Virus record (IMG/VR): IMGVR_UViG_3300009496_001865
Coordinates: 1 to 63,015 of that record
DNA length: 63,015 nt
Source of the DNA: a virus
Taxonomy: Duplodnaviria > Caudoviricetes
Reading direction: 5' to 3' (one strand)
Each line of letters starts with the position of its first letter. Position 1 is the first letter of the stretch. The translations under genes were made by a program, and so were the position numbers. Below the pieces are notes generated by a model, which worked only from the letters and a program-made list of their open reading frames with translations, was not told the origin of the DNA and did not search any database. Shown one piece after another: positions 47,901-55,158 of this stretch.

Positions 47901-50900
47901 CTGTTCTTTCGTCTACATAACCTGCATTAGGTATGTCAAAATATTTAGAATCAGTTAAACCAGTGTAGTCAACTTTTCCTGTTGTTGGCCATAAGTTACT
48001 TTCTCTTACGCCAATCGGCTTTCTTAAGAATCTAGTTTGATCGTCAATATCAATCAATATAGTTTCGTCGCCTTTTATGTCTGGAGTAATTTCAAATGTT
48101 TGTATGCTCTTAGTTCTAATTGCAATACTATCTTTTGTAGTAGTTTTAATACTGACCTTAGCACCAGGTATATCACTTTTTACTGTATTAGTAAACTCAA
48201 TTGTTCCAGACTCTACAAGCAAAACTGTATCGTCGTTTTTAATTGAACCACCTAGTAATTCATTAACATTATGTATTGTTAATTCTGTAGTAGTTGCTGT
48301 AAATTGACGTTTATAGTTTGTATTAAGTAATTTATTTCCATTAACAAAAACATCTAAATGTGGGTATGACAAATTAAACAGTTCAATATTTTCTGTTGCT
48401 AATGTTATAGGTAATGCAATATTTACATCGCCTGTGAAAACTGTATCGTCACTTACTGCACCTGTAGAATCATTAGGGTCAACACGTTGTATATCTGCTG
48501 GCACTGATGATGCACTAACAACAAAACTTATTTCGTTTCTTGATCCTGCATGATATGTATAATCTGTTGTAGGTGTTAATGTTGTTGAACCTATTTTAAC
48601 ATCTATATCATTTATTGTTGTTGCGCCTGTTCCTAATGTTGCTTCGTTATCTACTGTTGCTACACTATATCTTTGTCTTGTAGTGTAGTCTCCTTTAGTG
48701 ATGTTAATGTTTGCCCAACTGCCGTCGCTATCATTAAGATTAAATTCTTTACCTGATATTACTACCTTATAATCAAGTAATGAGTTACCAGTAGATGCGT
48801 CTACAGTTTCTGCAACTACAGTAGTTGCTGATACATTTGGCAAACTAGCATGAGCATTAATTGTATTAGCAACATCTGTTATCAATGTTGTTGATGAAAA
48901 ATTAAAACTTATTGCATTTGCAGGATTTGTAAAATTATCTGTTACTGTTACTGTTCCTAATTTTCCTGTAACATCTATATTACTTAATTTGCTACCTTCT
49001 GCTGTTGGAGTTTTAAGTGTTGTTTGTGAATCTGATAATACAATATTACCTGCCACCACTGTAGCCGTCACAGGCTCTGTGTAACCTTTTCCTTGATTGG
49101 TTATAGTAAATGCATTAATCGAACCGTTACTTGCTATTATAGGGTTTGCTGTTGCTTGTATACCGCCATTTGCAATAGTAATCTCAGTTGGTGTGCTAAT
49201 TTCTAATGTAGGTGCAGTATAATACTTGTGCTGTGGTTGTAGCACGTCAATTCTATCTATAGCACCTGTTGTATCTTCTGGGAATGCCAAAGTAATTAAC
49301 TGTGGATTCTGATTAACATCTGCTTTATCTATTTTAAGTTCTATAGGTTGATCATTTTCTAGATCACCAAATTCACCTGTTTTAATTGCCCACTCTGAGT
49401 ATAAATTTATATTACCTTGAACAATACTATCACTCTTAGCAAGTTTTACAATACTGTTTGCTGTTCCTTTACCTTGCAAGAAACCTGTATAGAATTCAAA
49501 TTGTGTGTCATCATCAATATCTAAATTATTTAAATAGTCTCTTTCTTGATACCCAAATAGTTTTCTTGAAGTATCATAAATTTGTTTCTCTACTGGTATA
49601 AACCCTAGTTCATAATATCTGCCCATTGTTTGAGCCATATTATCTAAGTTAGGTTTAAGTTCATCGTCTTGTATAATGTAACCTTCTGATAAAAGTTTAC
49701 CCTGCCAATTTGCAGTTTTTTTACCTTTAATTTTTAATCTGTTTTGCTTTTGACCTATTACTGAATCAAATATTGTATCATTAAAATTTGTTTTATTATC
49801 TAAAATTAAAGCATGTTCCATTTGTTGTGTGAATAACATGCAACCATAAATTTGAGAACCTACTGGTGGTTCTATTTCTATTTTATTATCTGTTCTTATA
49901 ATTGTGCAGTCTTGTGGTGTTATTGCTTTCCCGGCCTGATCTAATAATGCAAACTGGTTTCTATCTACTCTGTTTATCTTAGATATAAATTCTTTATCTT
50001 TTTCAAATACAACTTTTGAAGCAAGTGGTGATATTTCTAAAACATTATTTGCTTCCCAGCCTCCTGCAACAAAAAATAAAAATTGCTTACCTGAATATAA
50101 CCAATCACGTTCTTCATTAATATCTGAATCATAAGTTTCAAAATTAAAGCCTTGTAGTTTTTGATAATTTCCTAAGTCTATTAAAAATTGAAAAACTTCT
50201 TGATAAGTTGTAAATTCTGTGTTATAATTAACTCGTTTAACTTCGCCTGTGGTTTCTGTAAACCCTGTTGCCCTAATGGCACCTTCTTGTGGTAAACTTG
50301 CTAACGAAGTCCACAACGTAGACATAAATGATTCTGAACTTGGAACTAATGTAGGTGCTATGTAATATCTATCTAAATATTCTACAATAGTATCTTTTGC
50401 ATAACTAGTATTAGGTAACCATGAAGTATACGAAGCAGGTGTTCCTGCAACTTCTTCTGTAAATGACTGCCCACTAGTATTAGGTGCTAGTGTATTAAAG
50501 TATCCAAAGTTTTTATCATAGCCTTTAACTTTATACCCATCAACTGTTTTTTCTATAATTACTCCACTATAAAAGTTTCTACTCTTATAAGGTGAATTAT
50601 GTATAAGCAAGTCTATATTTTCATTTGGAATAATTAAACTGCCTGAACGGCCCGTTGGACTAAATTGGTCTGTTCTTAATATTAATGTATCTTTATCTGT
50701 ATACCCTGCTAGTCTATGTCCTAATTTAACATCAACTGATTGAAGTTTTTTAATAAAGTCAGTTGTAATATCTAATCCTTGGAACTTTAACCAACTGTAA
50801 ATAAATTGTGTATATCCAATATTAGTTTGTATATCATCAGAGTCGTCTATTTTAACACCATGGACTTTGAAGTCTGTGCTACTTCTAAAGTCAAATGGTT

Positions 50901-53900
50901 TTCTAGTATCTTTGTCTACCAGTTTAAATTCTTCTGCACTAGGTATTATTACATCTAATGGCTCTGCATATACACTTGCAAATTTACCTGGATGTTTTAA
51001 TAGTAATGCTTCTGTAACTGCAAATGGATAATCCTCTGAATACTTCCATGCATTTTCTACAGGAGCACCATCGCCAAGTTGCCATGGATTATTAATTAAT
51101 GTTATGTCTTTAGAAACTGAGTCAGTTGCTGTGCTTGTTATTGCACTTGACGTTCCTGTCGGTATAGTAGCACTTGCATTCTTATTATTAGCAATATCGT
51201 GTGATGCAATATAATACTTGCCTTTGTAAGTTAGGTCTGAGCCTTCATTAACAACTCCTCCGATTACAAATGGGAAGTTACTGTTTGCAACATAGTGCCA
51301 AACTTTTGTAGTTGGACTATCAACAGTATAAGAATAACGTAAATTATATGCATTTGTAACATACCCGTCTGTTCCTGCTAATGCAGTATTGGCTTGATAA
51401 TCTTCTACAAAGTGACCTGTATATGTTCCTCCAGGTCCCGATGCTCTTGTTCCTGTTTTAAGTTCAAATATACTACTGATAGCAACAACATTGCTAGAAA
51501 CATTACTTGCATCACTGTAACCATATGGCCCATAAATTGGTAAGCCATCAAATGCCCACCCTACTTTTGGTGAAGCCTCTGTGGTGCTCCATGCTTCGAG
51601 CCCTGCACTTGCTGGTGTAATTTGATAAACTCCTTCTTCAAGAGTTTCATTATTTTTAACTGCATTATAATTCCAAATACCTTCTGACTTCCAACTACCT
51701 TTTGCAGGATTCACAATTGGGACACCTGTAACTGTTACACCAATATATTCACTTGGAATATTTTCACTTGCTTGAGTAATAGTATTATAACTTGCTAGTA
51801 AAGGTATATTATATGTATTATCTAAACTGCCGCTTTTTATATAAGTGTTATTGCTGTCATAACTGCTTGTAACCTGATTAGTTAAAACAATACTATTTGT
51901 AATAACATTTGTATTAGATGACCTACCATTATTATAAATTGTTGTTAATGTTGTAGATCCTGTGTTTGTAATCTCGCCTGGAGACTTTAAAGCACCGCTG
52001 GAATTAATTGGGTAGTAATTACTTAACCCTGTTCTTGCATATGGATTATTGTTTTTGTATTTGTTTCCTGTAACATTTTCTCCACCGCCTTGTCTAATTA
52101 TACCTGCTTCTAGATCACTCCACATAGCAGTATTACTTAAATCATAAGTTGTTCCGTATTGTGTATCCCACCACGACGGTTTGTCAAAAAAGCCTAACAT
52201 TTCCCACGGATGTGTATGAGGTCTTACTGTATCGTAATAGTATTCATACCAGCCTCTCCAGTGCCCTGGTTTATTTTCTGTTCCCTTATAGTTCCAAGTC
52301 CATTTATCTGTTTCGTCATAAAATTCGTTTGTTACAGCATCAACTTTATTAGAACTTGACCAATTTGTAAAACTGTTACGCAACATGTCGTTGTATTCAT
52401 TAACTTTTACACCGTCTCTAAAAGCACCCGGTCTTACATTATGCACACTTAATTTTGAATGTTGGTCTGCGTCTCTTAAACTTTTTAATGCAGAGTTATA
52501 AATCCTTTTTTCTAATTCTAATAAAACATCATCTCTTTTATCTCCTAGCAACGGAGTTTTACTTCCGTCGTGCCCTACTAATAATTTAATAGGAGTCTGA
52601 AAACTATTATCTGTTTCTATTTGAGGATGAAATAAAGGATACAATCCCATTGTGCTAGGTGTTGGTGGACACTCTGCACTATCTCTGTCTTTGTCGTAAA
52701 ATTTTGCTATAATATTATCATCTAGTTTAAAATCAGCAATAGTTGAAGCAGTAAATGTTATTTTAATTGGGTTAGCATTATCAATAGTGTAATCGTCATC
52801 TACAAGTAATAATTTATTTTTAGAAGTATCTCTTACATGGTATATTAATAAACTGTTTTCTAAAGTGTTTAAGTCTACATACTTTGATAGTGTGTATTCT
52901 GTTCTTGCTACATCATTTATAATTATTGTTTCTTTTGTAAAATTATCACCAAATGGTAATACGTATGATGTATCAAATACTCCTTTGCCTACACTAAATG
53001 ATTTTAAATTTCTTAAAATTGTCTCTAAAGCAGTTTCCATTGATAGTCCTGCTTTGTTGAGATCAAAATTATTATTATACTTGTCTATCTCTTTGATCAA
53101 ACGTTTTTTATACTTTGTATATTCTCTGCCTGTAAATCTTAAAGAGTCAACTAAGTTATGTGGCTGGTCATCTAATAAGAAAGCACCGTGTATTAAGTCG
53201 TCATTAGTTTTTACAATTAAATCTGCTTTGGAAATATCTTTATCGATACTGTTAAAATTATTTTTTCCTAAAGCATGTCCTGTAAAGTCATCTTGCATTT
53301 CCATATACTTTTTAAAATGCGGTAAGTATTCTGGTTCTGCAATGTTTGTAAATTCAGTATTAAATGGATTTGATTTCCAACTTAAAGGAATATCATATCT
53401 ACTGTTGTTTAAAAATGTAATACCATCAGTAGTATTTGCTTCTATTTCAATAATGTCGCCTTTCTTTAAATTAAACGTTGAAAATTGTATTGCTCTATTG
53501 CTATATGAATATGCTGTTTGTATTGTATCATTGACTCTTACAATTAAATCTCTACCGCTAGGAGCAGATGTTTTTATAACAGGCACACAACCTGCATCAT
53601 AAATTGTTCTTTTATCAGAGACATCAGTTATGCTTACAACATGTTTTGTTTTTACATTCTGTCTTGATTCTTCAACAGCACTTTTAAAATTACTATGATA
53701 TTCAGTGCCTTCTTTATAATAGTATTCGCCTTTAATAAGAGTAGCCTGTGAACTACCAAATGCTGTATAAGTGTATTGATCGTTCTTTAAGAAATCTGTA
53801 AATGTAATTTCACTTACAGTTTTATAATTACTGTAAGAAAGAGGAAATCCTAATTCTGTGTCACTAGTGCCAGTGCCTTGTTTGTATCCGAATATTTTTC

Positions 53901-55155
53901 CACCTTTAAAACTTGCTTGAGGATATGATCCAGCATCATCTAATGCAATCGTTTTATCATCATAAAGTTTAAATAATGGATCTTGGTTTAATCTTGTTTT
54001 TTGTTGAACCTCTTTTAATTCTCCTGATTTAAGAATTAACTCTTTACCTAATTGATTAAAACCTTTATTAATATTGTATACATCATTTTCTGCTATTGTA
54101 ACCGAACTTGTTAGTGTAATAGAACTGCCTACGCCTGCTACTGTCCAAATTTTAACTCTATCTGTTGCACTCTCATTTGGAAATACTATTGTGTCTCCAT
54201 TTACAAGTGTCCTAGTATCTACAGTAGCATTTTGCTGACCTATGATAGCATTCTTATTAAAACTTGTGCTTGATACAGTAACTTTACCTTTGTATGTTCC
54301 GCCATGATTATAAAGTTCTAAATCTTTATTAAACTCTAATATTGGTCTTTTTGCTCTATATTTTTTAGCAGGTAAACTGTCGCCTGCATCTAAAAAATTG
54401 TCTTCATGGAACCAATGATTAACTCTGCTCCATGCTGTTCCTGTTGTTGTGCCATGTTCTATAACAATATAATCTTTATTATCAAGTGTAGAACTACCAT
54501 ATGTAGTAGATGTGCTTAACTCGTAGTCAACAAGTCTAATTGATGTCCCTACACCTTGAACTATATATTTTTTATCTATGGAAACATTATCACCTGGAAT
54601 AATATTTGTTCCAGTAAACTTAACTACCATTCCGCTTCTAAATGCTTTACCACCTGCAGGTGTATATGTTTTCTTGCCTATAATATCTTTATCAATTGCA
54701 ATAGCATTTGAAATACCCGTAGGAGAAATTGTAATCTCTGTTGGACCTGTTATGCTCCAGAAATATTCTTGATAGTTAATAAACTTATCAATATTAATTG
54801 GTGGTAAAAATGTTTGATAGTTACTTGCAAATAAATGATTGTGGTCTCTAACAGGAGCACCATAGTTTCTTAATGTGTCTACAAATTCATCGTAAAATAA
54901 AACACTATCACTGTTTCCTGTTACAGCATTAGTTGTAGTTAGAACAGGACTTAATGCATAATGCTGTCTATCTGCATTATACTCGCTAATAAAAGAACCT
55001 GGTAATGCAGACTCTTCTCCAGACTGGTTACCTATATATCCTGTAAGTGGTATAGTATTTGCTTTACTGAATAACTGTTCTACTGTGCCTTCGAAGAAAT
55101 TCTTTAGTGCAGGCGTCTGCAGAATCGTTGGTAAAGTTTCTATAATTTTGGCCAT
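38944..55155 (-). CDS. Giant (5403 aa) virion structural protein, baseplate-wedge associated, multi-domain
   Basis: Uninterrupted 16.2-kb ORF directly after the gp6-like gene. Contains a YHYH-like domain (~51260-51750), a CBM5/12-like W..NTSY..D.V.Y motif (~50310-50430), repeated N.G.GY..P beta segments, and a Gly/Pro/Thr-rich insert. Confidence 0.75.
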   Translation of the reverse strand: MAKIIETLPTILQTPALKNFFEGTVEQLFSKANTIPLTGYIGNQSGEESALPGSFISEYNADRQHYALSPVLTTTNAVTGNSDSVLFYDEFVDTLRNYGAPVRDHNHLFASNYQTFLPPINIDKFINYQEYFWSITGPTEITISPTGISNAIAIDKDIIGKKTYTPAGGKAFRSGMVVKFTGTNIIPGDNVSIDKKYIVQGVGTSIRLVDYELSTSTTYGSSTLDNKDYIVIEHGTTTGTAWSRVNHWFHEDNFLDAGDSLPAKKYRAKRPILEFNKDLELYNHGGTYKGKVTVSSTSFNKNAIIGQQNATVDTRTLVNGDTIVFPNESATDRVKIWTVAGVGSSITLTSSVTIAENDVYNINKGFNQLGKELILKSGELKEVQQKTRLNQDPLFKLYDDKTIALDDAGSYPQASFKGGKIFGYKQGTGTSDTELGFPLSYSNYKTVSEITFTDFLKNDQYTYTAFGSSQATLIKGEYYYKEGTEYHSNFKSAVEESRQNVKTKHVVSITDVSDKRTIYDAGCVPVIKTSAPSGRDLIVRVNDTIQTAYSYSNRAIQFSTFNLKKGDIIEIEANTTDGITFLNNSRYDIPLSWKSNPFNTEFTNIAEPEYLPHFKKYMEMQDDFTGHALGKNNFNSIDKDISKADLIVKTNDDLIHGAFLLDDQPHNLVDSLRFTGREYTKYKKRLIKEIDKYNNNFDLNKAGLSMETALETILRNLKSFSVGKGVFDTSYVLPFGDNFTKETIIINDVARTEYTLSKYVDLNTLENSLLIYHVRDTSKNKLLLVDDDYTIDNANPIKITFTASTIADFKLDDNIIAKFYDKDRDSAECPPTPSTMGLYPLFHPQIETDNSFQTPIKLLVGHDGSKTPLLGDKRDDVLLELEKRIYNSALKSLRDADQHSKLSVHNVRPGAFRDGVKVNEYNDMLRNSFTNWSSSNKVDAVTNEFYDETDKWTWNYKGTENKPGHWRGWYEYYYDTVRPHTHPWEMLGFFDKPSWWDTQYGTTYDLSNTAMWSDLEAGIIRQGGGENVTGNKYKNNNPYARTGLSNYYPINSSGALKSPGEITNTGSTTLTTIYNNGRSSNTNVITNSIVLTNQVTSSYDSNNTYIKSGSLDNTYNIPLLASYNTITQASENIPSEYIGVTVTGVPIVNPAKGSWKSEGIWNYNAVKNNETLEEGVYQITPASAGLEAWSTTEASPKVGWAFDGLPIYGPYGYSDASNVSSNVVAISSIFELKTGTRASGPGGTYTGHFVEDYQANTALAGTDGYVTNAYNLRYSYTVDSPTTKVWHYVANSNFPFVIGGVVNEGSDLTYKGKYYIASHDIANNKNASATIPTGTSSAITSTATDSVSKDITLINNPWQLGDGAPVENAWKYSEDYPFAVTEALLLKHPGKFASVYAEPLDVIIPSAEEFKLVDKDTRKPFDFRSSTDFKVHGVKIDDSDDIQTNIGYTQFIYSWLKFQGLDITTDFIKKLQSVDVKLGHRLAGYTDKDTLILRTDQFSPTGRSGSLIIPNENIDLLIHNSPYKSRNFYSGVIIEKTVDGYKVKGYDKNFGYFNTLAPNTSGQSFTEEVAGTPASYTSWLPNTSYAKDTIVEYLDRYYIAPTLVPSSESFMSTLWTSLASLPQEGAIRATGFTETTGEVKRVNYNTEFTTYQEVFQFLIDLGNYQKLQGFNFETYDSDINEERDWLYSGKQFLFFVAGGWEANNVLEISPLASKVVFEKDKEFISKINRVDRNQFALLDQAGKAITPQDCTIIRTDNKIEIEPPVGSQIYGCMLFTQQMEHALILDNKTNFNDTIFDSVIGQKQNRLKIKGKKTANWQGKLLSEGYIIQDDELKPNLDNMAQTMGRYYELGFIPVEKQIYDTSRKLFGYQERDYLNNLDIDDDTQFEFYTGFLQGKGTANSIVKLAKSDSIVQGNINLYSEWAIKTGEFGDLENDQPIELKIDKADVNQNPQLITLAFPEDTTGAIDRIDVLQPQHKYYTAPTLEISTPTEITIANGGIQATANPIIASNGSINAFTITNQGKGYTEPVTATVVAGNIVLSDSQTTLKTPTAEGSKLSNIDVTGKLGTVTVTDNFTNPANAISFNFSSTTLITDVANTINAHASLPNVSATTVVAETVDASTGNSLLDYKVVISGKEFNLNDSDGSWANINITKGDYTTRQRYSVATVDNEATLGTGATTINDIDVKIGSTTLTPTTDYTYHAGSRNEISFVVSASSVPADIQRVDPNDSTGAVSDDTVFTGDVNIALPITLATENIELFNLSYPHLDVFVNGNKLLNTNYKRQFTATTTELTIHNVNELLGGSIKNDDTVLLVESGTIEFTNTVKSDIPGAKVSIKTTTKDSIAIRTKSIQTFEITPDIKGDETILIDIDDQTRFLRKPIGVRESNLWPTTGKVDYTGLTDSKYFDIPNAGYVDERTVDYQTFGITDIAGLFGENQRFQPDINETIHVGVAENNDFNVYKVREVANTTVSFVEQDQGDATSYLYKNGDSLFNYIDTNFIQGSDTGRYLDYHLIIKDAELSDKFVVWTNEELIENKQARLKNLYPPVMTEKTISAIGPNPTAVLPISSITPAASGFASAEALTSQVPGANVILINTIPFTLEDGETVSFGHAEGNANCSLHANAFIVSEVTADSFKIKETDQTGVSVQAVNDMAANTALSNIENTSASLSYTYFGKTRITCSSNIDIGSNEVVKINAKEYSGYFTTEAVNNNSFVIDRKYITNSSTNTGNVLLSEVKITAPAHGINAGYAGKKIAVHNIDPRYYNVVYKVKSIPDANTIITSGVFPYDHQNISQDASNLPTITTLDHDVIHLNNSEIKFNNTNSIDAMVQDFNFQQEVKRGFMVHEGSFSLSIPMLNNLALPGLNINPKQVIGKMPYLTNIQHGLMAGSPVLGLATTKPKDVGKIRNHIKVPPVIGKIPYNVGTALTTGWKNTSPITAGVVIPPLTSIMGGAPGQGVTTIPNLIGPPKAYIGSNELNIVNYADALKGDDALVDFGQYGKAYIGGIGNYFSKQQGNKANKLKQNWIRTRSQFVKQVNASAINSKRKVDNQTSTWKTGISNGSKVAIHPGYFLKGIQSSFSGLTFGGPGSREVDINGQKHFIPENFLINLGGVATQGPNINTIIKVPNLVTPTGSGPAGSQGTSAPPATSTVAQGTVTNTGAVVIIPSAAVTHTAKTPCGTDLPPVYVAPDPPTSNSNVSVPPGNTSVPTTPGNGNVVVSNPIPCSFVAREKNQQSTSTWKVNDTWHYRLKCKGRVKVVFDMYSAADKFEFFQTTTKATSGGRLLSTTASFSSIRKATNVEKQELLGPALSTSIGQTGTNQGGYNSYSSRAGAYASANAGSIYQAGSAGSPYGQPVARSGSVGSLTDFQDGGSGRVKYCGVLEFDFDPTMGEYVRLDVDKNSSVYRYYIEYPSDTDKGLASTSGVTPGGANLPANNGQTNYGSGNPGAPGGTGYQSPFVQPAGAPQTKKQIGGGGGRYQHHKYAFQHNFGGFGNSSGSGFNYLPSVYRKKVKQTWQPSTPDNTPLGADKYVNTSYQRVSGGIVIPLSAPVPAPIQIAPRPIRGRSYSRYASLSGNLDLMWNPTTQRFTSKYDINKMDSMSGIGSGNIVSLVQYPGMPGYIPGTGIADGLNQSAPPVEVDGRAFNDRDADFNTNPVLKLIPKKKVDGIFRASKPIYAPIKYPTPQACIPMNDMGGLTPGDELIINGTRIVIPGGGVDATMNAILCQSGNGYKASKSAKDKQPAVRITSCTNAPLTFRDGCRGGAYKEVLDFHVVRSFSSGETRTNDAVIIPPTSGVTETTYNANGIPTSSTVSSITANYTRYLEDGTTASFSGSTSSTQGATYFNVSKTQQSGGDGYSVGDRLRAVGGTPVPSPHGGITEVCVSIPGLGYSSAANVKIYIGDGTTPGSGAIVSGVNLNQDGQITSVNLSNRGSGYSMENPPKVRVIDLDPSSTATPATLTAKIGGGKGFPERVAKFEVVSVVTADSLLHLNEGRPVGEIISIRIIDRGVYKIFPSDLTNGIPLEYDNINFGDEDDGTGAGSGLGQYDPLRQNAKLESPGGYDPIRGQFGGGTGARVFLTSREIPDCSERGDAKSALGLPDAITDTDIPFSLANDINEGLIGSGYDPKDLVVTYSPGSGGIGFLGIESPIFDGIAFDEVTPGMLENLGLPGGDYNNDLLCMYMTDETSVNEKNPVKGSASDYVDDDGYKLDQTEVEEELSIICVDTLTADPSSLFGNAIVTFTGDLYQYELRSAQTGGPVRLNRGISQSSRVAVLESLRYNKETDIANAAVEFAGISTTNKNEFANVWIDDVNGKWSYYENGTLIREQEQLVDSKFVKNALLYDDDTGAKEFDYHMWDPFKGVIPAFIETEIDYVSENDPVAYNNARSSFGKDNVGEVWWDTSTIRYKWYEQGSNRQRWLDWGKAMPGSGITLYEWCETEQLPIEYTGTGTPRNGSHYLTDVKYDSRSGDFKTYYYYWIQNKEEITGYAGIKNNRKFSTVELARYLADPIGQGLHTLSFVSNTSVVAGNLGSSLREEDDILQINISRNLNPLGLKHNSWKLLREGDNNSTVPADISNKLIDSLCEVNSVGDEVPNSKLSEAEKYGVKFRPRQTLFKNPKEARRLMREVLNEILADEKLKSLNPNWAASMPTRDYIIDANWYAIERVDNSNNKKIRYTSQEKAIMNVQSEKELESLKQSGLPDGAVIMVRGSATDRFHLWRWNAKSLKFTKIAIENETVRIKKEIYSDTNNAKLQAELRAFLVILRDKVFAGTEYWNKFFFEMLKYVYGEQKQIDWAFKTSYLFIEKEEQDLNTRIDFSPDNFNPVLEYMEEAKAYTAKIREYKDGKKTPIEYITGQMISDYDKPPYPDPIVGKVRILDPGNSDDQTIMSTDTDYKNWYNNYAQANTIVRSGKVKLVFDRVDWRLLGANSNISASSYNKLIADNIVLLNLTSNTDVQANANFTSSARIFKYDQEVRTQFVKDIDTYYGAGASSNVSYTQDATNMFAAVNSGALVKTLGLVKTKVGGGFRGEEIDANVFTKNSGSSFGKDMYEQAFGWDSAGWDDVNSIGGSFDSSIEVNNYIGTFTGNITYRKNNETVEGFDGVTFQRVLYGEERPEELALLSPLENLVFDITTSPYAYDTNNQIVSAISVGPYTTSNISRVGDTLTINNDVGINLLSNADVISLSSSSANITGNSFTVSNVASTSFTVNIPGLTASDVSAAGDVTFQKGPQTTEVEYIVHHDMFGGEEYLRVLRDGSTSSTTTQKFNIFDDEIHVADATKLPKPAPGKPGIVWIDGTERVEYRLVVGNTIKSLTRGTRGTTIQTHNQGVAVVSGAKTQIFDDPGTSGYGDRDPRTQVWLKEDGSTQGLTDITNRSTTVTIAAFLHGDSASATGFDVRGFDADPWDGI

Positions 55156-55158
55156 TTA

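Noticed and set aside
52865-53602. 245-aa plus-strand ORF, and similar ones at 58637-59125, 62009-62422 and 28281-28652
   Set aside because: Antisense shadows of well-supported minus-strand genes, with Ser/Leu/Ile-rich composition and no motifs.
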